From positions 480,001 through 544,000 of the forward strand of contig CAWEPZ010000002.1 of NCBI GenBank assembly GCA_963811105.1: a stretch of 64,000 bases of DNA. Direction: 5' to 3'. The notes below the pieces were generated by a model. It was not told where the DNA came from. It was given only the letters and a program-made list of their open reading frames with translations, and did not search any database. Positions 55,330 through 64,000 of the stretch are shown one piece after another. How positions within the stretch are numbered: the stretch's first letter is position 1; each line of letters opens with the position of its first letter. This stretch comes from Candidatus Bathyarchaeota archaeon. Lineage in GTDB: Archaea > Thermoproteota > Bathyarchaeia > Bathyarchaeales > Bathycorpusculaceae. The position numbers and the translations under genes are program-made.

Positions 55330-56974
55330 TTGTTAACCCCCTGAAGAATGATGTAATTGGTCCAAGCGCAAGGAATGGGAAGAAAGTCAGTACTACAAGT
55401 ATGATAATACTCATAACTAAGACTATAGTGAACACTGGGCTGTCAGTTTTGAGACCTGCTGTACCGCCGCGTTTTCGACCAATCATTGAACCTGAAAGTG
55501 CAAGTAGTATGGCTATTGGCGCGTAACGTCCAATAAGAACGACAATGCCCGTCGCAATGTTGAAAAACGGCGTATTTCCTGAGGCTCCCAAGAAGTCTGA
55601 GCCGTTGTTAGCGGCGGAAGTGGTGAATTCATACAGAATTTGTGTGAATCCTACGGAGTTCCCGCTTAGTCCAATTGCCGAGACAGCGCCTGTGGCGTAG
55701 GCTATCAGAGTTGGTATAAGTATGATTATCGGGTGAATGAGGAACGCAATCATTACAAGCTTTACGTCGCGTCCCGTAATTTTCATTCCCAAATACTCAG
55801 GCGTCCTGCCAGACATCAAACCTACAATAAAGACCGTTATGATAATGTACATAATCATGTACATCATGCCTACGCCTTTGCCTCCTGGGATTGACTGAAT
55901 AAACATGCCTAAGAAGCCTGAAGTTATTGCCAAAGGATGCATTCCGGACAAGGCGCAGTTTACTGATCCAGTTGTTGCAACCGTTGTCGTAACGGTGTAG
56001 AAGCTTGACATGAAACCACCAAACCGTGTTTCGATGCCCGGCGCCACCAAAGGAAGGGCTGGAATGAATGCTATAGCTAGGTTAAGTCCGAAGAGGATGT
56101 AAGCACCCCATAAAAGAGGTCTTGACTCGCGTTTTTTGCCTATCATTTCTCCAAACACAAAGATTAACGCTGTAGGAAGCAAAAGCATCAATGAAATCAT
56201 TAGAATATTTGTAATGGGCGAAGGATTCATGAAGGGATGAGCAGCATTTGCCCCGTAGAATCCACCACCATTAGTGCCTATCTGCATAATGGAATCAAGA
56301 GAAGCGACAGGTCCAACGAAAATTGTTTGGGCTGCTCCTTCAATTGTCTTTACTGTGGTGTAGCCGTTGAGCGTTTGAGGCACGCCTAACGCGAGAAATA
56401 TAATTGCGGCAATTACACACAGTGGTAGGAAAATTCTCGTAAGAGCTCGTGTAAAATCAACGTAGAAGTTGCCCATATCTTTCGAGTCAACTATTAGCCC
56501 CCGAATAAAGGCAATTCCCATGCAAAGTCCTGTGATCGCTGAGGTAAACTGGAGCCATTGTATTACACCGATTTGACTTAGATATGACAGAGTTATTTCG
56601 CCATTATAGTGTTGAAGGTTCGTGTTTGTCACAAACGAAGCTACAGTATGAAAAGCGAGGTCTGGTCTGACACCAGCGAATCCCATGGGATTAAGCGGCA
56701 ACTTGCCTTGAAAAACAAGGATTACAAAGCCAATAACCATCATAACAACGTTTAGCAGCAAACCAGCAAGGAAAAACTGCTTCCAACCCATCGTTTGTTC
56801 TGGATTCACGCCAGTAATTTTGTAAATGAAGTTCTCTATCGGATTGAGAACTCTATCTAAACGGTTTGGTTTTCGATTAAATACTCCGGTTATGTATGGC
56901 GCTATTAGCTTCGCTATAACTATGGTTACTCCAAGAATAAGTATGACTGATAGCGCCTGAACTGCATCGATCAA
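55319..56974 (-). CDS. kdpA: K+-transporting ATPase subunit A
   Basis: TNTNLQHY, GTNGGGF, TTGSVN, GRTPEYLG, ANNGS. Confidence 0.96.
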   Translation of the reverse strand: MIDAVQALSVILILGVTIVIAKLIAPYITGVFNRKPNRLDRVLNPIENFIYKITGVNPEQTMGWKQFFLAGLLLNVVMMVIGFVILVFQGKLPLNPMGFAGVRPDLAFHTVASFVTNTNLQHYNGEITLSYLSQIGVIQWLQFTSAITGLCMGIAFIRGLIVDSKDMGNFYVDFTRALTRIFLPLCVIAAIIFLALGVPQTLNGYTTVKTIEGAAQTIFVGPVASLDSIMQIGTNGGGFYGANAAHPFMNPSPITNILMISLMLLLPTALIFVFGEMIGKKRESRPLLWGAYILFGLNLAIAFIPALPLVAPGIETRFGGFMSSFYTVTTTVATTGSVNCALSGMHPLAITSGFLGMFIQSIPGGKGVGMMYMIMYIIITVFIVGLMSGRTPEYLGMKITGRDVKLVMIAFLIHPIIILIPTLIAYATGAVSAIGLSGNSVGFTQILYEFTTSAANNGSDFLGASGNTPFFNIATGIVVLIGRYAPIAILLALSGSMIGRKRGGTAGLKTDSPVFTIVLVMSIIILVVLTFFPFLALGPITSFFRGLTNGF

Positions 56975-57025
56975 TTATTCCAAAACTCCAAAAGACATTT
57001 GTGCTCACTATGGCTCCTACCCCAA

Positions 57026-57313
57026 CTATATGATTGATTTCAACGCGGTTTTTACTTGGCACCTGCGTCCTTTGCATGGGTGCAATATTATAGTAGTTAT
57101 AGTGCTTCTTACACCTTTTATTTTCATGATTTGCTTCTGCAAAATATCCCGAAATTCTTCGAGCGTAGAAGCAGACACCAGAGTGACAATGTCGTATTCG
57201 CCTGTAACTTCGTAGACTTCTTCAATATTATCGAGCTTTGATAAAGCTGTCACCACGTTACCTATATGCGTTGACTCGACGAAGAGATTGACAGAAGCTA
57301 ACACTCGACTCAT
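57026..57313 (-). CDS. stand-alone Lrp/AsnC ligand-binding (RAM) domain protein
   Basis: IEEVYEVTGEYDIVTLV...GVRSTITTIIL; immediately upstream of kdpA. Confidence 0.85.
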   Translation of the reverse strand: MSRVLASVNLFVESTHIGNVVTALSKLDNIEEVYEVTGEYDIVTLVSASTLEEFRDILQKQIMKIKGVRSTITTIILHPCKGRRCQVKTALKSII

Positions 57314-57929
57314 TTCTATTCCTGCTCCGGGTTACATGTAAACGTGAAATTAGCAACTGGGAAATACCATGTGTAACATCCTGCCAACGCAATAACAATC
57401 ATACAAACACCCTTAAAATTGAACACAATTATCAGCGATTCCAAAAAGAGGTTATTTATGGAACCTATTCTGGTTCCTTTCTCATGTTATTAAAGAAGGC
57501 CAAATCAGAGATTCCTCTATTTCTGCTATGAGAAAAATCATTTTCAAGATATTGCAGTTTTTTGGCCTCCTTTGCCCCTTTTGAGTTAAGTCATATGCCA
57601 CAATTATATAAAGTTGATTATGATTTGTTCATACATTCCAACTATATTTGGAATAGTTTTTAGAGAAACTCAGAAAAATGTGAAACACGTTCATTTTTAC
57701 AAAGTTCGGGTTTTAGTGTCAAATACTATTTATTATAAGTTGCTAAGCGGCGAAGCGACTGATCGCAAACGGAAATGGTCCCGTATGAATGTTTCTTAAA
57801 AACTGATTTAGATGCAATGTCAACCAAAAGTACCAATTGCCCATCGAAACTTAACGGCTAAACAAGTTTTAATAGCGATCAAATTTTGAATTATCAAAAC
57901 TCTTATACGCTACTTTATAGACTTTTAGA

Positions 57930-58367
57930 TTGATGCCAACTGTTAAAGATTTTATGACAACCCATGTCATCACTATTGATGCTCAGAGAACCGTTCTCCA
58001 GGCTGCAAAGCTAATGCACCAACAAGATGTGGGTGATCTTGTTGTCATGGAAGGCGTTGTGGCAAAGGGCATTGTTACTGAGAGAGACTTAGTTAGAAGG
58101 GTTATGGCTCAGAGAAAACCTCTTGATACTAAAGTCTCCGAGATAATGTCAGATCCGCTAATAACGATCGAGGAAGAAGCCTCAATTAGAGATGCGGCTA
58201 GGAAAATGATCAAGTACAAGATAAGGCGGCTACCTGCTACAAAAAATAACGTATTGGTTGGCATAATAGCTACTTCAGATTTTGCGAGACACCTCAGCAA
58301 GAAAAGCCTAAGCGAAGAAATAATCAATGCTATGACCAGGTACCCCTTAGCCGATTCCAGTCGATAG
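57930..58367 (+). CDS. CBS-pair protein
   Basis: VKDFMT, GIVTERD, IRRLP, GIIATSD. Confidence 0.9.
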   Translation: MMPTVKDFMTTHVITIDAQRTVLQAAKLMHQQDVGDLVVMEGVVAKGIVTERDLVRRVMAQRKPLDTKVSEIMSDPLITIEEEASIRDAARKMIKYKIRRLPATKNNVLVGIIATSDFARHLSKKSLSEEIINAMTRYPLADSSR

Positions 58368-58435
58368 GTACATGTTCGACAAAAAGAGAATTTGTTGTAG
58401 GAAACATTTTCCTAATTATTGATTGGTCATAAGCT

Positions 58436-58789
58436 ATGGCTTTCATAGGCAAGATAATCGGTAGTTTTGCGGCTGCACGCATTACCAAGTTTTCGACAAT
58501 GGACTTCCTCAAAATAGGTATTAGCATGACTCCTGGAGGTGAAATGGGTCTTATTATTGCAAGCCTTGGGTTAACAATTGGATTAATTTCGACGGGAACG
58601 TATTCTGTCGCTGTAATGGCTGTTATCTTAACGACCTTCATGGCGATGCTAATAATAAAGTGTATGAAACAAAAAATAATGAGGTTTCCAAGAGCCACGG
58701 CAGATATGCTTCTTTCCCAAGAATTCCCAAACGTAAAACCAAAGATAAAAACACTGAAGCAAGAACTAAAACGACCGAACAATAATTAA
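58436..58789 (+). pseudogene. C-terminal fragment of a CPA2 cation:proton antiporter
   Basis: GKIIG...IGISMTPGGEMGLIIA parallels the C-terminus of the neighbouring intact gene (GMISRGEVGL). Confidence 0.7.
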
Positions 58790-58936
58790 CTTACTATCGA
58801 GACCCATCAGGTTATTGCGTTTAATCATCGCTCACTTTCTTTTTCGACCGTTTTTTGATAATTAAAGAAAACAGGTCAGCTAGTGAATTTAAATATACAA
58901 GCTTCCTTGTGCCTTCCAATCAGAAAGGTGTAGTCA

Positions 58937-60202
58937 ATGGCATTAGACCCTGTGCTGAGAGCTATAGTAACCATCTGCATCTTGGTTTTCTCAGCAAAAG
59001 TGCTAGGCGAAATTTTCTCCTGGAGAAAAATTCCAGCTGTTCTAGGTGAGTTACAGGCGGGGATCATTTTAGGTCCATACGCTTTAGGTTCTTTGATTTC
59101 AGTGAATGGTTCATCTGTAATTCAAATTAACGAAATTGTTCGAGCGTTTGGAGAGATAGGTGGCATACTTATTTTATTCGTCGCAGGTTTAGAAATGACT
59201 TTTAGAGACTTCCGAAGAATTGGGCTCGGCAGTTTTGTCGTTGGAAGCGTTGGGGTTGTTATTCCGTTCATCATGGGTTATGGAATTGCACTCGCTTTTG
59301 GATTAAATATTATTGCATGCTTGGTTATTGGGGCAGCGCTCGTAGCTACCAGTATTTCGATTACCGCACTTGTCCTTCAGGAGCTTAACCAATCAAGAAA
59401 AATAGAGTCAAGAATGATGGTTAGCGCTGCAGTAGTTGATGACGTTTTGGGACTCGCAATTTTGGGAGTCATAGTTTCTTTCATTACAACCTCTAGCGCG
59501 ATAAGCCCAGTGAACGTAATAACGGTAATCTTAACGTCTCTGGGGGTATGGCTTGTTATGACGGTCTTTGCAGCGATAATTCTTCCAAAGATAATCAATT
59601 TTACCTCGAAGGGTTCTGAAGCAACGCTTGAGGCTGCGGCGACAGCTTCATGCTTTGGCGCTTCAGCTCTGGCAGCAGTCCTCGGATTATCACCCATTGT
59701 CGGCTCTTTTGCAGCGGGGATGGCCATTGCAAGTTCTGAAACCGTCGAGAAAATTCGAGACTACGCTAAAAAAATAAGCATTATTTTCTCGCCCGTTTTC
59801 TTTGGCTTAGCAGGTGCGGCTTTTGATATAAGGGCGTTTTTCACTACGGACTGGTTCTTTTATGCTTTTTTTATTTCTTTGATTGCAATTGCTGTTGTGA
59901 GCAAGATAATTGGGTGTGGATTACCTGCTGCTTACTTTCTGAAAAGTGGAATCAAAGGAAAACGCGTTGGCTATGGCATGATTTCTCGTGGTGAAGTTGG
60001 TCTTATAGTTGCTGGTGTGGCTATTTCTGCAGGTGCGATTACACAAAGTACCTATGCGGCAATATTGGGCATGATTATGGTAACTACTTTTATTGCGCCT
60101 TTGTTGTTGAGAAGGTCCTTTGAGAATGAATCACTTGAAGAAGAATCGACAAATGATGTAGATACTACGGCTCCTGACTACATACCAACCTATCCACTGT
60201 AA
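58937..60202 (+). CDS. CPA2 cation:proton antiporter (NapA/KefB-like)
   Basis: LFVAGLE, ATSISIT, AAVVDDVLG, MISRGEVGL. Confidence 0.92.
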   Translation: MALDPVLRAIVTICILVFSAKVLGEIFSWRKIPAVLGELQAGIILGPYALGSLISVNGSSVIQINEIVRAFGEIGGILILFVAGLEMTFRDFRRIGLGSFVVGSVGVVIPFIMGYGIALAFGLNIIACLVIGAALVATSISITALVLQELNQSRKIESRMMVSAAVVDDVLGLAILGVIVSFITTSSAISPVNVITVILTSLGVWLVMTVFAAIILPKIINFTSKGSEATLEAAATASCFGASALAAVLGLSPIVGSFAAGMAIASSETVEKIRDYAKKISIIFSPVFFGLAGAAFDIRAFFTTDWFFYAFFISLIAIAVVSKIIGCGLPAAYFLKSGIKGKRVGYGMISRGEVGLIVAGVAISAGAITQSTYAAILGMIMVTTFIAPLLLRRSFENESLEEESTNDVDTTAPDYIPTYPL

Positions 60203-60319
60203 ACTAAGCTTCTAAGAACTCACACCTAAAAACGTACATGGTTCTAAACGTTACATGATATAGTGTAGAGTTTTAGACGTAAACCGCTACGTGAAACGTT
60301 GCCAAGAGGAAAGATCAAG

Positions 60320-60594
60320 ATGGGGAAACTTCCGCGTAGAGATAAATTGAAGATTTACGGGGACTTGCTTTCCGTTCTCTATAGTTAATCCAAAGAAGAG
60401 AAGTTTGTTCTTACTCATGTTCAACTGAAAATAAGCGTTTCTTTTGACCGCCTAAAAACTTACATCACTGAACTCAAAGAACGATATTTGATCCAAGATG
60501 AGAACTTGCTGAAATTGACAGATAAAGGTAAACTCCACCTTAGAGAATACGAGGCAGTTCTTGAATTATGAAGCGTATGGACTTAACTTATTAA
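60320..60594 (+). pseudogene. winged-helix transcription regulator, disrupted
   Basis: MGKLPRRDKLKIYGDLL...*...SFDRLKTYITEL...LKLTDKGK with an internal stop and a frameshift. Confidence 0.7.
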
Positions 60595-60762
60595 TGGGAT
60601 AATTAATTTTTCTTGATACATTACAGGATTAGTTAAAAGTAAATTTTTGATTGGTAGCTCCTTTGATATTTTGTGTTTGCAAGTTTTGACATTCATTTCT
60701 GAAAAATACCAGTGTTTCTTCCCGAAAGTATCTTTTTAAAGAGACATAATATATGATGTTTT

Positions 60763-62223
60763 CTAAGGATTATTCTGTATAGCGTAGAGCGCTGCATCTA
60801 AAATTAAACTGTTTGTGTTGCTACCAACTCTGTCAAGTAGATGCCCAGATTCATCAACACCCTCACAATACCCGGTTGAAGGCTCGGGAAGAGTATTCTC
60901 AAGATAAATAGACATGTTCTTGGCGAACGTTGTATTATAAATGGCAAGAAAGCTCAATGCTATTTTTGAATAAATCAAAGGAGACGTATTTGAATTATGT
61001 TCATCTATAGTCCAAGTTCGACCATCAGGCAAAACCACCCATTCATACTCCCAACCGCCTGACATAGAGGGGCCTTCACTAAAAGCTCGATATCGATCAG
61101 TGCCATTATAGTACGCCTCATGAGCCAAATAAACTTGATAAGCTAAAGTCATCAATCTAGAATCAGTACTATTAAGTTCAAAAACTGAGCAAAACAATGG
61201 ATCACCTATTAATCCAGCCTTAGGCAACAAAACACCTTCAGGAGTTGAAACATTACCAGCTGAAAAAATATTATTAAGAATTGTACTTTGAAGATTAATA
61301 AGGTCATTAGGCCAAAAACTTGCATACCCGCTGTAAATATAGTAAGCATAAATACTAGTCGAGGTAAGGAAATCACTCTTAATTTTAGGTATTATAGCAG
61401 CATAATTTGATCTGTTACCATAAACGTTGTAAACGAAATTATTTATACGCAATGCCCAGCTGGAGTTATAAACTCTAACATTGTTAAGAGCGACAAATAA
61501 TCGTCCAGTATCAACGCCGTCATAAGGGGTAGTAGCCAAATCTGACAGCTCATGATAGTCTTCTCCGTCCGTTGCTTGGTAGAACCAGTAAGGATAGTTA
61601 GTTGTGACATTAAGTTTTCGCGTTTCCAAAAACGTTAGAACCTTATCTATTCTGGCATCAAACCCCCAAGCGCCATCATTGTCTATCAAACCTATTTTTC
61701 GCGCATCTATGACAGCTTGAATATAAACTCCTAAGTCCCAATCAGTGAAAACTGGAGAATTTGAATAAGGAAGCCCCATTGTTGGATCTACACCCATACC
61801 TGGTTGGAAATATTTCCAGGCATTCGCTGCCACCGCTAGCCAGACAGTACTGTTGATGGTTTGAGCTGATGCTATCACGCCGGGAGGCTTAGGCTCAGGA
61901 GATGGCGCAACTACTTTGGCTATAGCTTGAGTTAAACCTGCAAGTATGTTAGAGCTGCTAGTTTGATTATTGATCTTGTTAATGGTTCCAGATGGTGAAT
62001 TTGTTGAATTATTGCTGGTTTGTAGAACAATAGCTTTGCTTTCGTTTTGTTTTGGCAAGAAAGCAAAAATAGAAACCAACATAACAGTTATGATCGCGAA
62101 GACGATTATACCTGTTGCTTTCTTGTTAAGGCGTAAACGTTTCTGCCTGAAAAACCTTTTTTTACGTTCAGCCTCAAGAGAATCCTTTAAAGCGACAAGG
62201 CCAAGGCATAGAAAAGAGCGCAT
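60763..62223 (-). CDS. DUF3131 domain membrane-anchored protein (glucan-active alpha/alpha barrel-like)
   Basis: TM anchor, AANAWKYF, TDWDLGVYI, DTGRL, AFSEG, SNTNSLIL. Start codon uncertain. Confidence 0.7.
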   Translation of the reverse strand: MRSFLCLGLVALKDSLEAERKKRFFRQKRLRLNKKATGIIVFAIITVMLVSIFAFLPKQNESKAIVLQTSNNSTNSPSGTINKINNQTSSSNILAGLTQAIAKVVAPSPEPKPPGVIASAQTINSTVWLAVAANAWKYFQPGMGVDPTMGLPYSNSPVFTDWDLGVYIQAVIDARKIGLIDNDGAWGFDARIDKVLTFLETRKLNVTTNYPYWFYQATDGEDYHELSDLATTPYDGVDTGRLFVALNNVRVYNSSWALRINNFVYNVYGNRSNYAAIIPKIKSDFLTSTSIYAYYIYSGYASFWPNDLINLQSTILNNIFSAGNVSTPEGVLLPKAGLIGDPLFCSVFELNSTDSRLMTLAYQVYLAHEAYYNGTDRYRAFSEGPSMSGGWEYEWVVLPDGRTWTIDEHNSNTSPLIYSKIALSFLAIYNTTFAKNMSIYLENTLPEPSTGYCEGVDESGHLLDRVGSNTNSLILDAALYAIQNNP

Positions 62224-62865
62224 TTTGTTGTAATTAAGCAACCTTTGCGTCACCGTGTCGGGATTGATTCGTTTTAAATAAAATGATAATCCTTTTCTCC
62301 ATAGAGAGCCAACCACTCTATCGGTTTGAATCATGGAGGAATACACGAAAGTTTAATTTAAAATTATGCTAAAAGAAATCCACCCCATTGAATTATGTTT
62401 TACAGACCTTAGCGTCATAACAAATAGGCATAACAATAAACTAACAATTGCTTTTTTTAAGATTGCTTTTCGAAAATTTACGTCAACACCAAGATCACTT
62501 AAAGATCTGGCTTCACGGTTATACCGATCAATTTTACAACGTATATGGAACACACCTACTATGGTTTGATGACGTTTGAGTTGCTGGGCGAAAAGAGCAG
62601 GTATCCTTCCCAAATGACAAGTGGGTTTTGACTTGCCAAAACAACTATGGCGGTTTTGCCGGCTCAGACCTCGGAATATCAACCTTCGAAAACACATTTC
62701 AAGCAGTCAGCATGCTCCGCAAAATAGGAAACCTATAAGGTTCAAAGAAGTCTTTTGAGACTATCCGCTACTGCGTAAGAAACGCTTTGGAAGAAAGACC
62801 AAAGAAACACTTTAGAAAAAGACGGAAAGTATTAATATCAAATGCTACCTTTTGGGAAAAAGGCT

Positions 62866-63019
62866 ATGGCATTAGCCCTGACAAGCGAAACATCTAGTAA
62901 TCATAGCCCTTTCAAAGCGAATACTACAAAAAATAGACCAAGAAGCCACACGGCAAAAAAGGTCAAGAAGCGAATATGTAGAACTACACTTTGAAGCTTT
63001 ATTCTTAAATCAATCCTAA
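62866..63019 (+). pseudogene. ribbon-helix-helix (CopG-like) protein, frameshifted
   Basis: LVIIALSKRILQKIDQEATRQKRSRSEYVE, out of frame with the upstream ATG. Confidence 0.5.
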
Positions 63020-63147
63020 TGGAAAATTAGATAACAACAATAGCACCCAACCCACATTGACTCCTACATTAGAATAGGCCAAGCTACATTAGAACAGACC
63101 AAACGCATTAAAAAGGTTTTTAGTTTAATGTTTCCATCTGTGAATCC

Positions 63148-64000
63148 ATGGAAATCGATGCTTACCGATTGAAATCTAACACGTTTGTCCAAGGCGGAAA
63201 AGTCGCAAGAAAATCTTTTCTCATACAACTGATAGTGGGCATATCCGAAGTATCCATGGGAATATTTACCTTAAGCGTTGCATTGATTGCTGACGGCATC
63301 CAATCCTTTGCTGACGCCGGAGTATCTCTAATTGTGTGGATTGGCCTGCGCATATCAAGAAGAGCGCCTGACGGCAAATTCCACTTTGGATACTACCGAG
63401 TTGAAACATTCAGCAGCATAATCGCCGCACTTTTTATGGCAACCTTAGGCGTAGTAGTGCTATACGAATCTTATAAGGAATTCATTAAGCCCACAGCAAT
63501 AGCCAATCCCGAGCTAGCCATGATAGTTGCATTGTTGGCAACTGCAGTGTCATCAGTTCTCCTAATCTACAAAAGGCGTGCCGCCAAGAAATACGCCTCT
63601 CTGGCATTGAAAACCGACGCTTCCAACTCAATCAAAGATGTACTTACATCAATAACAGCCTTCACAGGTATCGCCCTGGCCAGATACTTCAACATCATTC
63701 AGTCTGATGCCACAGCTGGAGTAATAATCTCACTATTCGTTTTCACGATGGTGTACACAATAATGAAAGAAGCCTCTTTGGTTTTGATGGATGCTTGCCA
63801 ATGCCCAGAAATCCTAACAGACATAGAGAACATTGCTAGAAGTGTCAAACTAGTTAAGCAGGTGCATAGCCTACGAATGAGAAAAATAGGACCCTACCTG
63901 ATTGGCGATTTGCACGTTGTGATTGACGCTGACTTAACGGTTAGGGATTCTGGCAAAATAGCTTACGAAATAGAAGAACGCGTAAAAAGAGAGTTTGATG
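63148..64000 (+). CDS. cation diffusion facilitator (CDF) transporter, 3'-truncated by window edge
   Basis: SVALIADGIQSFAD, PDGKFHFGYYRVE, LRMRKIGP..IGDLHV. Absent from the ORF track because there is no stop in the window. Confidence 0.9.
   Translation, partial: MEIDAYRLKSNTFVQGGKVARKSFLIQLIVGISEVSMGIFTLSVALIADGIQSFADAGVSLIVWIGLRISRRAPDGKFHFGYYRVETFSSIIAALFMATLGVVVLYESYKEFIKPTAIANPELAMIVALLATAVSSVLLIYKRRAAKKYASLALKTDASNSIKDVLTSITAFTGIALARYFNIIQSDATAGVIISLFVFTMVYTIMKEASLVLMDACQCPEILTDIENIARSVKLVKQVHSLRMRKIGPYLIGDLHVVIDADLTVRDSGKIAYEIEERVKREFD

Noticed and set aside
57316-57402. 28-aa minus-strand ORF as kdpF (MIVIALAGCYTWYFPVANFTFTCNPEQE)
   Set aside because: Size and position fit, but it lacks a continuous TM helix and the YLxYAL motif.

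Overview
Archaeal chromosome segment. The host is inferred to be TACK/Bathyarchaeia-like from rpl14e, cbf5, a tRNA-Leu with a D-arm intron and SSV-type integration. (1) 1-14.4 kb: the 3' end of an extracellular contractile injection system (eCIS) locus. It has two baseplate J-like genes, a tail/wedge gene, a DUF6519 fibre-like gene with grafted Ig-like repeats and a DUF4157 protein with two HExxH motifs. An unannotated antisense remnant follows, in which a tail-tube 5' end is fused to a gpV/spike 3' end. (2) 14.5-30.7 kb: accessory genes (GH13, PAS histidine kinase, MFS, CsbD, USP, flavodoxin, NfeD, GNAT) and several pseudogenes. (3) 30760-44786: an element integrated in tRNA-Leu(TAA) between 21-bp att repeats, with its integrase split into in-frame intN and intC parts. 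Its cargo is TcmP + DUF5131, two HEPN-like genes, DUF2971, a fragmented PriS-PriL fused primase and an IS481-like element with a 15-bp target duplication. It also holds 4.5 kb of homopolymer that is most likely an artefact. (4) 44.8-64 kb: rpl14e-cbf5-methyltransferase, surface/glycan genes and an ion-homeostasis cluster (MscS, kdpABC with three stand-alone Lrp/AsnC ligand-binding genes, CBS, CPA2, CDF). All family calls come from motif recognition by eye; no database searches were run.
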